From positions 62,001 to 112,026 of the forward strand of contig JAMDHS010000071.1 of assembly GCA_029717555.1 (NCBI GenBank): 50,026 nt of DNA. Reading direction: 5' to 3'. The translations under genes and the position numbers were made by a program. Positions within the stretch are counted from its first letter, which is position 1. Each line of letters begins with the position of its first letter. The DNA comes from Peribolospora baueri (lineage: Eukaryota). The notes under the pieces are model-generated. The model did not search any database. It was given only the letters and a program-made list of their open reading frames with translations, and was not told the DNA's origin. This document shows, one piece after another, positions 37,921 to 49,468 of the stretch.

Positions 37921-39123
37921 TCATACCACCTTGTTTTCCTTTGGCTTCCAGTAGCCAGTGGTGAACTGGACGGTCCTCGCCAGGACTTTGCAGTTGAAGC
38001 CGGCGATACGCTTGAGAAGAGACAGCTACGCAGGTCAAAGGCACGTCATGAGACGGATATACGGGCGGCGGCTGAGGATGGGCGTGCCGGATCACGCACC
38101 ACGGTGAATCCACCGATGAACAACTTGCCGGGGAGCATCTGTCACGTCCACACGTCCGAGGGTCAGCGTACAGGCCGCCCGGCTCTCTACCGTCTCACCC
38201 ACCTCGGGTTCGTAGTAGTCTTCTTGCCTCGAGATGTAGAACAGACCGTCGCCTCCGCGCTTGAGCTCCAAGACGGTGACAAGCCTGGTCGGAAGGCGCA
38301 GAGACGAAAAGGCGCAGAGACGTTTTGAGCGACAAAGGGAGGGTCAGAGGGAAGCGGCGGACGTACCTGACGGTCGCCGAGTAGAAGGGAGCGAGGTGCG
38401 GGATGAGAGTCTCTGTGGAAAGCAAGCGTGGAGCACCGCGTCGTCGGCCCAGCTCGAGGGGAGTGCAGAGTAGGAGACCGTCTTACGGGTCATGTCCAAG
38501 AAGCTGTGTAAGAAGAGATGCGGCATGAACATCGAGGGCAACAAGGAAGCGAGGGCGGGACGTCGACGCGCTCCTCACAGCTTGTTCTTTGCATCATCGA
38601 ACGCTGAGAAGCGTGGAACGAAAACGGCGCAGGGTCACCACCTCTGACTCGCGCCTCGCGACCCACGACCGCTCACCCGCGCTGTTGACCATGAGATCGA
38701 TGCGGAACATTTGCCTGTACCATTGGAAAACGGCCAGCACGTCGTCTCGGGACTGCGAGACGAACAGGACAGCAGATGAAGCGAGATCGCGTGCGACAAG
38801 AGCGAGCGCGATCTACACGTACGTTCGGTGCCGACGCGACGGCGCAGAGAGGGTGATCGAAAGAGGCGTCCGGAACAAAGTGGCGATACAAGACGGCCTG
38901 TTGCTCCTCTTTGCCGACGTTGCCAGAGCGTGGCATGAGCGCCTCGCCTCGTCCTCGCAAGCGCGCCGTGCTCACCTGCAGACTTGGCCATCGTGAGCCC
39001 GTAGACGACGCTGTGGACGCGACGGTCGGTCAGGCCGTCAGTCACCTTTATCCAGCCGCTCTACCGGGCCACTACATGCTCTGCGGGCGCTCACTCTCTG
39101 ATCTCCCGCCTTGGATCCTGCAT
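37921..39123 (-). CDS. Fungal NTF2/SnoaL-like fold protein, 179 aa, 10 exons
   Basis: Exons 39123-39095, 39010-38976, 38908-38823, 38752-38677, 38603-38579, 38503-38487, 38412-38367, 38284-38203, 38138-38100, 38025-37921 total 540 nt in frame. Product: MQDPRREI...FVPDASFDHPLC...SRDDVLAVFQWY...PFYSATVRLVTVLEL...YISRQEDYY. Confidence 0.88.
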
Positions 39124-39353
39124 GACGATATGTGTTGGCGGTCGTCGTCGACGATGCCGACGAGACGGATAGCGAGACGGGGAATCAGACGGCCTGCGAG
39201 TGATCGGCCAGTGACGCAACCGGGGGCACTTAATGATCGGAGGTGCCGCAGTCCGCGATCATCACGTGCGCGTCCCAGATGCGTGCGTGAAGGGCATGGG
39301 CCTCCCACATACGGCGCTCGGTGAGCGATTCCTACATACTAGCGAGCGTTGTA

Positions 39354-40058
39354 CAGTCAACCCTGTCTGTTAGCATACGGGTCCCTAGGCATACCTTCGC
39401 ATAGTGCATAGCGATCTCCCTTTCCCGTTTGTCCCCAGCCAAAAATTGACTAATCCCAGCCAAAACACTGGTCTATACGCATACTGACATACCCGCATAT
39501 TGCATAGCACTGACACCGGTGCCGTCCTTACCAGTTATGCCCCCTCGGCATGCATAGTTAGGGTTGAGGGTCACGTGCATCCTCGTGGGTCGTTTCTGTT
39601 GGCGGCGACGAGCACCGTGGTTACGCGGCTGAAAGCGGATATGACTATGTAGGCCACTGTGCTGTTACTGCGGTTTTCCTCTTTGTATGCTCTCTTAACA
39701 ATAACGAACCAGTAACATCCGCTTTCGTCCATCCAACGTCAGTTCTAACATTACTACACGTGGGTGCTTGTCCGCGTTTCACCATCTCTTTCGAAGAACA
39801 TGTCAACGAGCAACGTAAATAAACCGATCTTCAACAATTCTTTTCTGCACATGCTTCTTCTTGAACATGGTTGTGTTATGACGTGTACATACTCTATAGT
39901 AAAGCTTGGAATTCATGTCTTGATGGACGCTATCGACTGTGGCAACGACTGCGGCAACTGTGGCAACTACTGCGGCAAATATGCATAGACCGCTCTGGGT
40001 AGTCAACCTCCCGCAACTCGGGCTATACAACTCTTATGTTTATAGACAGGGTTGACTA
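39354..40058. mobile_element. Non-autonomous Tc1/mariner-pogo type TIR element (MITE-like), 705 bp
   Basis: The left end CAGTCAACCCTGTCTGTTAGCATA and right end TATGTTTATAGACAGGGTTGACTA are imperfect inverted repeats. TA flanks both ends (39352-39353, 40059-40060). No transposase ORF. Confidence 0.85.
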
Positions 40059-40064
40059 TACAAC

Positions 40065-41312
40065 ATGCCCCTAACACCTAGTCAAAGACTGGTGCACGAC
40101 AGCCATCCGCACACGGATGAGCCCTCGCCGTGGACCGGCCTGGACTATCTATATCTGCAAATATTGAAGCAAGCATATGAGCATGGTTCTCCTCCACGAC
40201 TCGACAGCATGTTCAAGGTGGTTATGGGGGCCATCGTCACCATCAAGATCCGCCTGACACCTCAGCTCTCGGATCACTCCTCGCACAGATCCCCCCGAGC
40301 GATCCTGCGTGAACAAAGGACATCAATCTGTTGCTTCGAAAGCTGCATTCTATCCTCGCCATTGACACGGCCTCGAAAGGAGTCATCCGCGTCATCCACG
40401 CGTCCTTTCCCCATTTTCTTACTCACCAGGACCGCTGCAAGGACGACAGGTTCTTCATGGACGCGGCAACCCGCAACCTCCATCTCACTCGCTGCTGCTT
40501 GCCACTGATGACTGGCCAGCTCAATAGTAACATCTGCAGTGTTCTCGACCCTTCGCTACTCGACCAAGAAACGCCGGACCCTCGCGGCCTGCTCGACAAG
40601 CACGTTCCCGAAGAGCTGCAATATGCATGTTGCTTCTGGGCCGAACATCTTAGTGAGTTGCCCGCCGACGAAGAGACCTACCGGCAGGTCCGGTCGCTCT
40701 TCTACGAGTACCTGCCTCAGTGCCTTGCGGTCCTGAGTCTTCTGAGCGCCTTACCACTTGCATTGCCCATATTAACAGCCCGGAGCTGGATTGAGAACGA
40801 GGTGAGTCGTCCTCAATTCGGTGGTCAGCTCAGTGACGGAGCACTAGAAGTCTCTGCCTTCGCCTTTGTAGACATGCAAGCCGGAGGAAAAAAAAGGAGA
40901 GCTGCTTCAACTTCTCTATGGCCCTGAGCGCTTTGAGTTTCTTGGCCAGTCCTTGCTAAGACGCTTCGAGCGCCTCTGGCGCATGGATGACCTCGAGGCT
41001 TGCATCTCGAACCTCCAGCAAGCGGTGGAGCTCACACCCGATGGGCATCTGGACCGGCCTGGGCGCCTCAACAACCTGGGCGCCATGCTGCAAAGCCGCT
41101 ACGATCGCCTCGGTGACATGGACGACCTCGAGGCTTGCGTCTCAAACCTGCAGCAAGGTAGAGCTGACGGCCGATGGGTATCCGGACCAGCCTATTTACC
41201 TTGACAACATGGACATGGGGCTGCAAAGGGGCTTCGAGTGCCTCGGGCACATGGACGACCTCAAGGTTTCCATCTCGAACGTGAAGCAAGCGGTTGAGCT
41301 GACGCCCGATAG
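40065..41312 (+). pseudogene. Degenerate fungal NLR-like gene: post-NACHT helical region plus TPR repeats
   Basis: Post-NACHT (HET-E-like) motifs: LDYLYLQIL, LRKLHSIL...IRVIHASF.HFLT...RC...RF, PEELQYACCFWAEHL. Then 45-aa repeats DDLEACISNLQQAVELTPDGHLDRPGRLNNLG. Contains frameshifts and lacks a P-loop. Confidence 0.85.
40983..41312 (+). repeat. 135-bp TPR-coding tandem repeats, about 2.5 units
   Basis: ATGGA(T/C)GACCTC begins at 40983, 41118 and 41251. The second unit carries a 2-bp deletion. Confidence 0.9.
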
Positions 41313-41509
41313 GCGGCCGCGCCGCTGGGAGTCTGGGGAATCGGAGCTTCTTACACCATCCTCTTACAAGGCACGCCTATGCCTGCTGATTGCCTAATTT
41401 AATATTGAATAGATTATGACGATAAAATCGTACTCCTGCGCTCACAAAGTGGACCGCCTTAGCAAGGCGAGGAGAAGGCGTCGGCCCCGGTGGAAGCCGA
41501 GTAGATGAT

Positions 41510-41970
41510 GTGGCAGATGTCGAGGAGGACGTCGTCACGTGTTACTACGACAAGTTGCAGCTCCTGCGTAACCTCGACCCTGAATCCTCCGAAAGCTACC
41601 CCGTCCATCAGATCGTCCAGGGGCTCTCGCCCATGTTCCTTTCTCCACGTGCATTGCCCGATGCGAACAACCCGCCGCCGACTAGTCTCCTCCGGAGGTC
41701 AACAGGCTGGAGACGCCTTTCCGCTCGACCATGCGCGCGACCCTGCCGGTAACGAGGTCCAGTCGAAGCCTCAGAGGCAGGCGCCGTCGATATCGTCGGC
41801 GCTCGTGCTGTCCGGAGGATAGCGCTCCCTCCATCCCTACGACCCCAGCCGCTTCGACTGGAGGACGGACACGTCTGGCAAACACTAGGCTCTACCGCTC
41901 GCCCGAAGGCAAGGTCCTCAAGTTCAAGCGCAAGTGCCGGCACTCTGCCGAAGCCCGTTTCGACATCAGA
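41510..41970 (+). mobile_element. Probable decayed Ty3/gypsy gag fragment
   Basis: YYDKLQLLRNLDP...IVQGL and LYRSPEGKVLKFKRKCRH...RFD resemble fungal gypsy Gag with a decayed zinc knuckle. Frameshifted; no pol or LTR seen. Confidence 0.45.
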
Positions 41971-42429
41971 GGAAACCGCGGCCAGCGTGCTCAGTCAGTG
42001 ATCGCGCGCGCGCCAAGTGTATCAGTCGAGATGGCAGCGTGGTGCCACCTACATGCTGAGACGCCCTTACACTTGCGCAGGACTAGTGGGTTCGTCTCGC
42101 ACACCTGCTTCTTGAGCCAAGAAGGTCCTCAGCTCTGCCACCTTCGGAGAGCGCTCGAGCTCTGGCTGGAGGCGCAAGACGTCCCCCAGCTCCTGCGGGA
42201 TCGTGCGCCGCCACGCTTCGCTGCCTCGCGGTGGGCCTTCCTTCTCTGCGACCTAGCGGGTTTCACACCAGTAGGCGCCTAAGGGTCCACGATCGGCGTG
42301 AAATCCTTCAGCCGAGGGTGGCCAGAGTCGTGCCCGAGCGGGCGGCCGCGTGTTCCGGGTGGGCTTTCAGATAGCGTGTTTCGTGACGCCGAAGGCTGGT
42401 GACCAGGTACGAGCGATCGGCGTCTTCAA

Positions 42430-43314
42430 CTTCGGGCTAGTCAAGCATGGCGACTGTGTAGAGAGGACCTCGTTTTCGTGTCCAATCGACGACGCTTCGA
42501 GAAGCGCAGGAACTCAGGGTCAGCTCGACGAAACGGGCAGAGGGCTATCGAATTGCAGGTCTTGTCCTCACCCGGTGAGCACATGGTTCTCGTCCCACAA
42601 CGTGTTCCACCAATTAAAATCGCCGTGGTGGACAGGGTACGTCCTACGCTCGCTCAAGGTGGCTGCTATCCTACCTGAACTGGAGCGACGGCCGAGTCGA
42701 GGTTGGGCGACGGACCTATGCCGCCGTAGATTGCTTGTATCACATAGTCGATGTTTCCTACCTCTTCAGACGAGGCGGAGAGTGTATGGTCGTCCTGATG
42801 TATGGGAGGGAGCCAGGCATCGTGTGGCGGTTCCAATGATGCGTAGGTGAGTTGGACGACGAAGGTGCCGACCTGATCGAGCATATTTTCGACGAGCTCT
42901 TGGGCAGGCCGGCGCTTCTGCAGTTCGACCTTGCGGCCAGGGAGCCAGTCCATCAGAAGGAAAACTGCGCCGTGGTTCGAAATGATGGAACTTGGAAATC
43001 GGCAGGGAGGGTAGGGCGTTGGAACGTACTGCAAGAAGGCGGCTTCGGCAGTGACGTCCTTAACAGCGTCTTCTACCGACTCCGGGTTCTCCTCGAAAAT
43101 GAGAGGAATCTTGGCTGCGCACTTGACGCCGTCGGAGAATTCGAGGCACCAGACGGCGTTGCGCGCCCCGTAGTCCGGGCTGTCGGTGGCGAGGCGACAT
43201 GAAACCCGCGCCTCGCTGCGCCAACGCGACTTGGACAAGAGCGGGGATGTCGACTCGTGCGTAGAGGGCAGCGAGTGCGGCTAGCTGTTGAGGGGTATCG
43301 GAGGATTGGCTCAT
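42430..43314 (-). pseudogene. APH/choline-kinase family phosphotransferase pseudogene
   Basis: Motifs GARNAVWCLEFSDG..CAAKIP, EAAFLQYV, FLLMDWLPG. The catalytic HHGDFNWWN is in a shifted frame (about 42605-42631). LTG|VVDW spans a GT-AG intron. At least two frameshifts. Confidence 0.82.
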
Positions 43315-44689
43315 CCGTTGTGCGGTTTGTGGTTAGGGGTCGAGGGCTGATCAACGAGACGATGAGAAAAGGAGGGACATTACTAGGAGAAGGAGGAGAG
43401 TGAGGAGGGAACAATGAGCCGACGAACGCTTTATTTATCCCTAGATGATGTAGGGCAGATCTTGCAGGTCGCTCCAGGTTGGCGTTGCAGCCGCGTGGCG
43501 GCCACAGTGATGCATAGAGGGAACGGCTGCCTACTTCTCCACCCAGACGATCCAGGGCGTAGGGGTGGGAGGGGAACGACGAGATTGAAGAGAAGGGAAG
43601 CAACATTGCTTTCGTTGTCTGTAGAGGGGCGGCCTTCTTCCTCCCGCTTGCCACACCGCCTTCTAGCGCAAGCTTTAGCGACGATCAAGCCCTCGTCCTC
43701 CGTCTTGATGTGAGCCTAGTAGCTCAGCGTGCAGACCAAGGAAGGGGTGAAGCGATTAACTGCCTGGCGAGCAAGGCCCGATCTGCCTAAATCGCCATCT
43801 TTGCCATTTCACAAGGGAAAAGAGCACGAGCAGCCCCCCTCGACTGGACACGAGGCGAGTTGGGACGAGTTACGGAAGGGCTCCACCGCCTGTGCGGGCC
43901 AATAAGAGCGTGTTGCATGCCGGATGCGACATTTCTCTTGTCAGCATTTTGCAGTCGAGATCCTAGCGTTGGCTCGCTCCGCACGCTTTCCACCCGTATC
44001 AATTGTGTGATTGTGTCCCTTTTCTTTTGTTCATTTTTTGCTTGCTGCGGGTATACATGGGCGGGAGTCCCTGGAAACAGCTGTGAGAAGACGAGAGTTA
44101 GGGTTAGTAGAAAGAGACATTGACTCAGATCAAAGCCTACCCTGGATTGGAGAACGATGTCCTGCGTATCAGCCAATTCGACCAGTGCGAAGATGCAAGA
44201 TGCTCGCGAACGAGTCCAGCTTGCTCCGTCACAAAAGCCACTCAGAGTCATGCTGGCCGCTATTCGCGAGGCCCAGACGCGGTCGCCGAACGATTCGGAG
44301 CAGCTCATTCTCAGTGAGTGTGCGCCCTTGTGACTGTTCTCGCTCTGTCTGCTGATCGCCCCGAATTGCCCCTTCCTTTTTGTGCAGCATTGAGTCGACT
44401 CGTATGAATGTGTGACAGACGAACAAGGATCAGCTCGAGTTGCTCGAAGTGTTGCAAAACGAGGCGCAGTCCTTGTCCGCATTGGCCTGTGCACTTCTTC
44501 TTTCTTCTTTCCTTCTTCTGCTTCCCTGTCATTGTTGCTGGAAGACAAAAGGGGGATCCGATTCAGTCTCCCTCCCGCTTTGGATCTGCACGAGCACTTA
44601 AAACATGGGAGGCAGACTGGCTACATGAACCTGACGAGGCTTGATTGAATGAAGTGGATTATATCTAAGAAGAATCTGAAGAACCACTC

Positions 44690-46172
44690 ACTCTCTTCTC
44701 CTTCCAATCCGACTTGTTCCACCTGAAGGGGGCTTCCTTGGAAAAGAAGCGCTAAGGGGAGGGATGAGTCATGATCAACGGGTGGGAACCAGAGCCTCCA
44801 TCAGCAAATTTCAAATGCATTGGCGAAAAAGATGGGCCATGCCGAGTAAGGCATGCACACTATCTCACTCACCAGCTCCGGGTACTGTCTAGCCCGAAAA
44901 TCCGCTTTGCGCTGTGCTTCTTGCCTTGATTCGATCCACCTCCAATAGCCTCTCGCTACCATGGCCGCGGCCGCCAAAAGGGCTGCACCGCCCACCAGGG
45001 CAGTCAGAACGATGCGCTCCGCCAAGGACAAGCCAGAAGTGGAAGAGGGACCCGACGACAATGACGAGAGCCAAGAGAATAGGGTGAGCCCGATGATGTA
45101 TGTCCCTCCGGCGAACAAGATGGTCGCGGACACATAGAGCGGGTCGTGACATTGTCTAACAAAGGGCGGCATCTCCTTTATGGAAAGGGCTGAAATCCTG
45201 CCGATACGGATGGAGTCGAGTGCAGATTGGATGGCCACCCAGACGGAGGAGAGGGAGGAGAGGAAGAAGCAGATCTTGATGCAAACTTCAAGAACGGACG
45301 GCGTGCCGGAAGTAGAAAGACTGCTAGATAGAGTTTGAGCCACGACACCTGCCAGGACGGCGGCCTGGTGCAAATGCCACCAATCAAGAAGAGGCAAAAG
45401 CAATGCAAAGCAAGGAGACAAAGGAAGGTTGTTTGGTCAGCGTTCAGTACGCAACAGCAACTGCCTTCCTTTCCCGACGAGACGAAAGCCAGTGGTTTTT
45501 TGATCGGCTTACAATGATACCCATGCTCTCCATCTGCTTCCGGCTTCCTGCCTCTTGTCTCTCTATCCTCGGAATGATTCTCTCCCGAGCGCGCTCCATG
45601 CAGACGATGGCCTTGCGCATCTCCCTCGCCAGGCCGGCCAGCGAGCCCTCCCACGAGTCAAGCGCGACCTTCACTACGACGGAGGAGGCATTGTTGCTCG
45701 GGGTCAGGAGACGAGGGGCCGAATTGTTGACGAGCTCTTTGGAGTGTACGGCAGCGTCAGCGACCGACTCAAATGCTCGGCGGATGGAACGAATGATGGC
45801 AAAAGAGGCGCAGTCTAATCGATTGAGCGAGCGACTGCACCTCTGAGCTGTCTCGGCCAGAGGACCGAGGACGGCAGCGATGTGCCTGTCGGCTGCGTCG
45901 AGGCCGCTTTCCTTGACCATGTCGCTCTGTTAAGGACGTACACGGAAAGAGAGGCAAAAGACCATGGTCGTCATGTCTCCTTACTGAGTGATCATGTCAA
46001 GCCAGACCAGACTCCTACTCACCACTCGTGCCAAGCTATCACTCCAACACTGCAGTCCGATGAGGTCGCTCACGGCGACGTCTGCACCAGTCACCTTCGA
46101 AAGGTCGTGCCGGAAGTGGGCGAGCTCGTCTTGGAAGAGGTCGGCGCTACCATCTAGTTCGTCGTGAACCAT
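44690..46172 (-). CDS. Hypothetical multi-exon membrane protein (helical N-terminus plus about 4 TM helices); integrity uncertain
   Basis: ORF segments 46172-45985, 45920-45510 and about 45365-44870, separated by GT-AG-like introns. Hydrophobic segments: AAVLAGVVAQTLS, ICFFLSSLSSVWVAI, ILFAGGTYIIGLTLF, IVLTALVGGAALL. Further 3' exons are possible. Confidence 0.5.
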
Positions 46173-48619
46173 CTGAACGCTTGAATCTGAGACTAGGTTG
46201 TGGTGGTAGCAGGAACTTGGACTGATTCGGGGGCGTGAGGATAACGAAAAGAGTGACGGCAAAAAATACCTCCGGGCCGCCGTCGATAGTAGGGCTAGAG
46301 TCGGAAGAGAAGGGGCGCGCGATCCGCTCGTGAGTGAAGAAAAAACATGCGTTGTGACGGGTCGGCGCCAACGCCCTTTGTTCCCTTCCTTCTTGCTACG
46401 TTCCTTTGTACCCTTTTGATTTTAATACATATATACACTGTTCCTTGCTGCTTTGCATCCGATGGGTCCCTTGTTTCTATCATGCCTTTGTTCTACCATT
46501 CTCTTTGGCTCTCTGCTCTCGCCTTGTCCTGTTCCATTGTTCCAAAACGGGACAACGTCGCCAATCCTCACGGAAGGTTCATATATAAAGGAGTTATCAT
46601 ACACACACTGCCATGCAATTCCACAACGAGGATCTCTGTTTCCCCGTCCTCCAAGGTCCCCAAGTGACGTTTCGCACGTTGTCTCTCAACAGTGAGGAAG
46701 AACTCCAAGCCTGTCTGGCACTGTTCGAGCTATGGTACTTGTTCGCTATCGGTCTCTCGCCTATATTTAGCTTTAGATGGAATATACCACCCATTTTGAG
46801 CTGCATTCGAGTGTAAGGTCGGGGGACCTTTATCGATGCATCTGTGTCAGCCGAACTGTGCCTTTGCGAGGGCTGGCAATCGCCCATCTCGTATACAGCG
46901 AAACCTCCCGCACTCACGCCTTCTCCCTTACCAAATGACAGCTTCCCTTCCGGCCCGCCTCAGAACATTTAGGGTTATTTAGGGTTAGATATACGTGGAC
47001 AATGGGGGTGTGGCCAAGTGCGTATACCGGTAACGACGAAAACCCCTTGAGAGACGTGGCTAGCTGCCACAGGAAGTTGCTGTTCCGCCCGAAGGGCTCA
47101 TCAGGCAGCACTATGCTTTCTCCTCGTCTTGGTGTTGCTTGCGGCGAAGAATTCCATCGTGGGAACTTCGAATCACGTGCCGGGTCACGTGCTGAATTCG
47201 TTAGGACTTACCATTCGTGTCAGGTTCATTGGGAATCCAACCGCACGCGTTTGGAGCAACGTCCCTGGATGGTCTTCTTGTTGGACATATTGAAAAAATC
47301 ACCTAGACTTCTTGTCTTCCGCTTGGGTTAGTTGGACGTGTAAGGGAGGGCTTCGAGGTCCGCCAGTGTCAGGTCGCGGAAACCCATCCGAAAGAGACCC
47401 TCCGTCGACGGGCATCGTCGGGGATGAGGCCAGGCGGACGGGGAAAGCACGCCGGGCGAAGGCTGCCGCAGGACGAGAAGGGGCGGAGACGGACGAGCGC
47501 ATGGAGGGGAGAGGGGAGGATGAGCATCCGGCTGGGGTCTCAAATTCTCGATGGCTGCACGCAGACGCCGGACAGCAACAAACTGCCGAGCGTGGGTAAA
47601 ATTGAATTCAATCGAAGCAAGCCGGCGAAGGAGACCAGCCAGCGCTCGCCGTCGCCCAAGTCGAGCCTCGAAGTCTCGCTCGTCGCTTGGGTGGCGCCTG
47701 TATTCCCGGTATCATCAGCGTTCCCCTTCCTCTCTCCCAAAATTTCTGTGACTGCTTCGTCGTTTGGTCGCCGGCGCAGGTCGACCGTTCGCCGGCCGCT
47801 CTCCCTCGCTGGTGGCGTTGCGTCGCGGTCTGCGTGCTATTGGGAAGAAACCGTCTGTCAAGCGAGCTCGCTGCATTTCGCCCTACTATCACATATCGCC
47901 ACAGTCGAAGGGTGTTATCTTCCTTTTTCAGTTGCCAGTCAGCCACGGCCGGCGGCCGGCGGCTCGGTGATTTTCTCACCAGCTGAGCGGGCGCCTGAAT
48001 GGAGACACCCGTCAGCGGGCGGGCAGCGCGGGGCGATCACTTCCAGGCTGCAGCGGAATCAAAGATGTCGCATCGACATGCCTTATTCGACCTTCCCCGC
48101 TTGCTATGGCCCCGTCCGTCGCGCTCCTCCTGTCATTGAATCCTCCGTCCGAGGGGGAGCGTTGGATCAAAAGAGAGGCAACGTTTCTTTCTTCACCCCC
48201 CCAATCCCTCCTCCCTCCTCCCTCGTCGTATATACACCACTGACTGTGCGCGCGAGGTTCAAAGGCCCACCCCGCCCCCCTCCTTCCGGTCTCGTTCAAC
48301 ATTCCATTCCCATCTCTTCTCTGCTTCTTGTCTCTCTCTCCCCCTCCATCGACGACGACTACCGCAACGACAATCTCAAGCAAGCTGAGCGTGGCCTGCC
48401 TCGCACCACAGACCATATCCCCGCGGCTCGACTCGCCTCGGCGCGACCGGGCCTTCGACCGTCTCTCACTCGCTCCTCGTCCGTCGCTGCTCTCTTCTAT
48501 TTCTTCTAGCGTTCCTCTTCGCCCTGACTACGACAACCGCGGTCCTACTCGCCCGACGCCTGGCACGACGCTATTCCCTCCCCGCCCGTCGCTCGCCGTC
48601 GGCCGTCGTTGTAATTGGA

Positions 48620-49468
48620 ATGGTATCGCGACCATACGACCACTCGCTCGAATACGTCGCGAAGGAAACTGGGGCATCGTTCTTTGGAGACGGAAGGGAA
48701 CTCGACTTACTGGAGTATGTGATGGGCTGTGACAACGTTCGCACTCCGGCCGACGTTATCTCTGCCATCGACGCCTTCGGGAGGACTCGTAAATACCTAA
48801 TGAGCCTCGGCGCGTACAAGGCAGAAGTTATCGCCGAGCTCATCCGAGCAGTGCGTCCGGCCGTCATGTTGGAACTCGGCACCTACATCGGATACTCTGC
48901 CGTGTATTTTGCCGGGGAACTCCGCGCCCTTGGACCAGCTCACGGCAGCCAAACCTCGCAAGGCCGTCGATACTTCTGTCTCGAAAAGAGCCAGACATTT
49001 GTGAATGTAGCCAAGGCGATAATAGATATCGCCGGTCTGGCACATCTTGTCGAGTTCCACGTGGGCGTCGCATCCGATACCCTCTGCACTCTCCAACTTA
49101 CCGCCCCCGTCGATGTCCTTTTATTGGACCATTTCAAGCCACATTACCTGCATGACCTCATAGTATGTGAGGACATGGGTTTCATCGCTCCAGGTACGTT
49201 CATCATCGCTGATAATGTCGTGGTCCCGGGAAATCCGTCATATTTGACATATGTTCGAGGATCAACGGAGGATAGGAGGCGTATGAGGTCCGAACTGAGG
49301 TCCAAAAGTCCTCGAGACGGAACACAGGCGGACCCTGAAGAGCCACTACGGCGCCATGGCGGCCGTATTGCTGTCCCTGTCTACGAGAGCCAGCTTGTGC
49401 TGAGCTGGCAGATGTGCGGAAAGCGTGATGGGATTGAGATCACCCGGTGCGTTGCTGTCGAGGAGTAA
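48620..49468 (+). CDS. Catechol O-methyltransferase-like SAM-dependent methyltransferase, intronless
   Basis: 282-aa ORF with AIDAFGRTRKYLMSLG, SAM motif MLELGTYIGYSA, LLLDHFKPHYLHDL, IIADNVVVPG and DGIEIT. Confidence 0.92.
   Translation: MVSRPYDHSLEYVAKETGASFFGDGRELDLLEYVMGCDNVRTPADVISAIDAFGRTRKYLMSLGAYKAEVIAELIRAVRPAVMLELGTYIGYSAVYFAGELRALGPAHGSQTSQGRRYFCLEKSQTFVNVAKAIIDIAGLAHLVEFHVGVASDTLCTLQLTAPVDVLLLDHFKPHYLHDLIVCEDMGFIAPGTFIIADNVVVPGNPSYLTYVRGSTEDRRRMRSELRSKSPRDGTQADPEEPLRRHGGRIAVPVYESQLVLSWQMCGKRDGIEITRCVAVEE

Noticed and set aside
39930..40030. Possible 5S rRNA or tRNA
   Set aside because: No 5S conserved boxes or cloverleaf; the pattern is short internal repeats of the TIR element.
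46480..46816. Small secreted-protein-like ORF pieces
   Set aside because: Short, frame-discontinuous and without recognisable homology.
47328..47400. DLEALPY as a cytochrome P450 fragment
   Set aside because: Too short, with no ExxR or heme-binding motif nearby.
47424..48509. 361-aa ORF upstream of COMT
   Set aside because: Low-complexity and R/S/P-rich with no domain motif; probably a chance ORF in GC-rich DNA.
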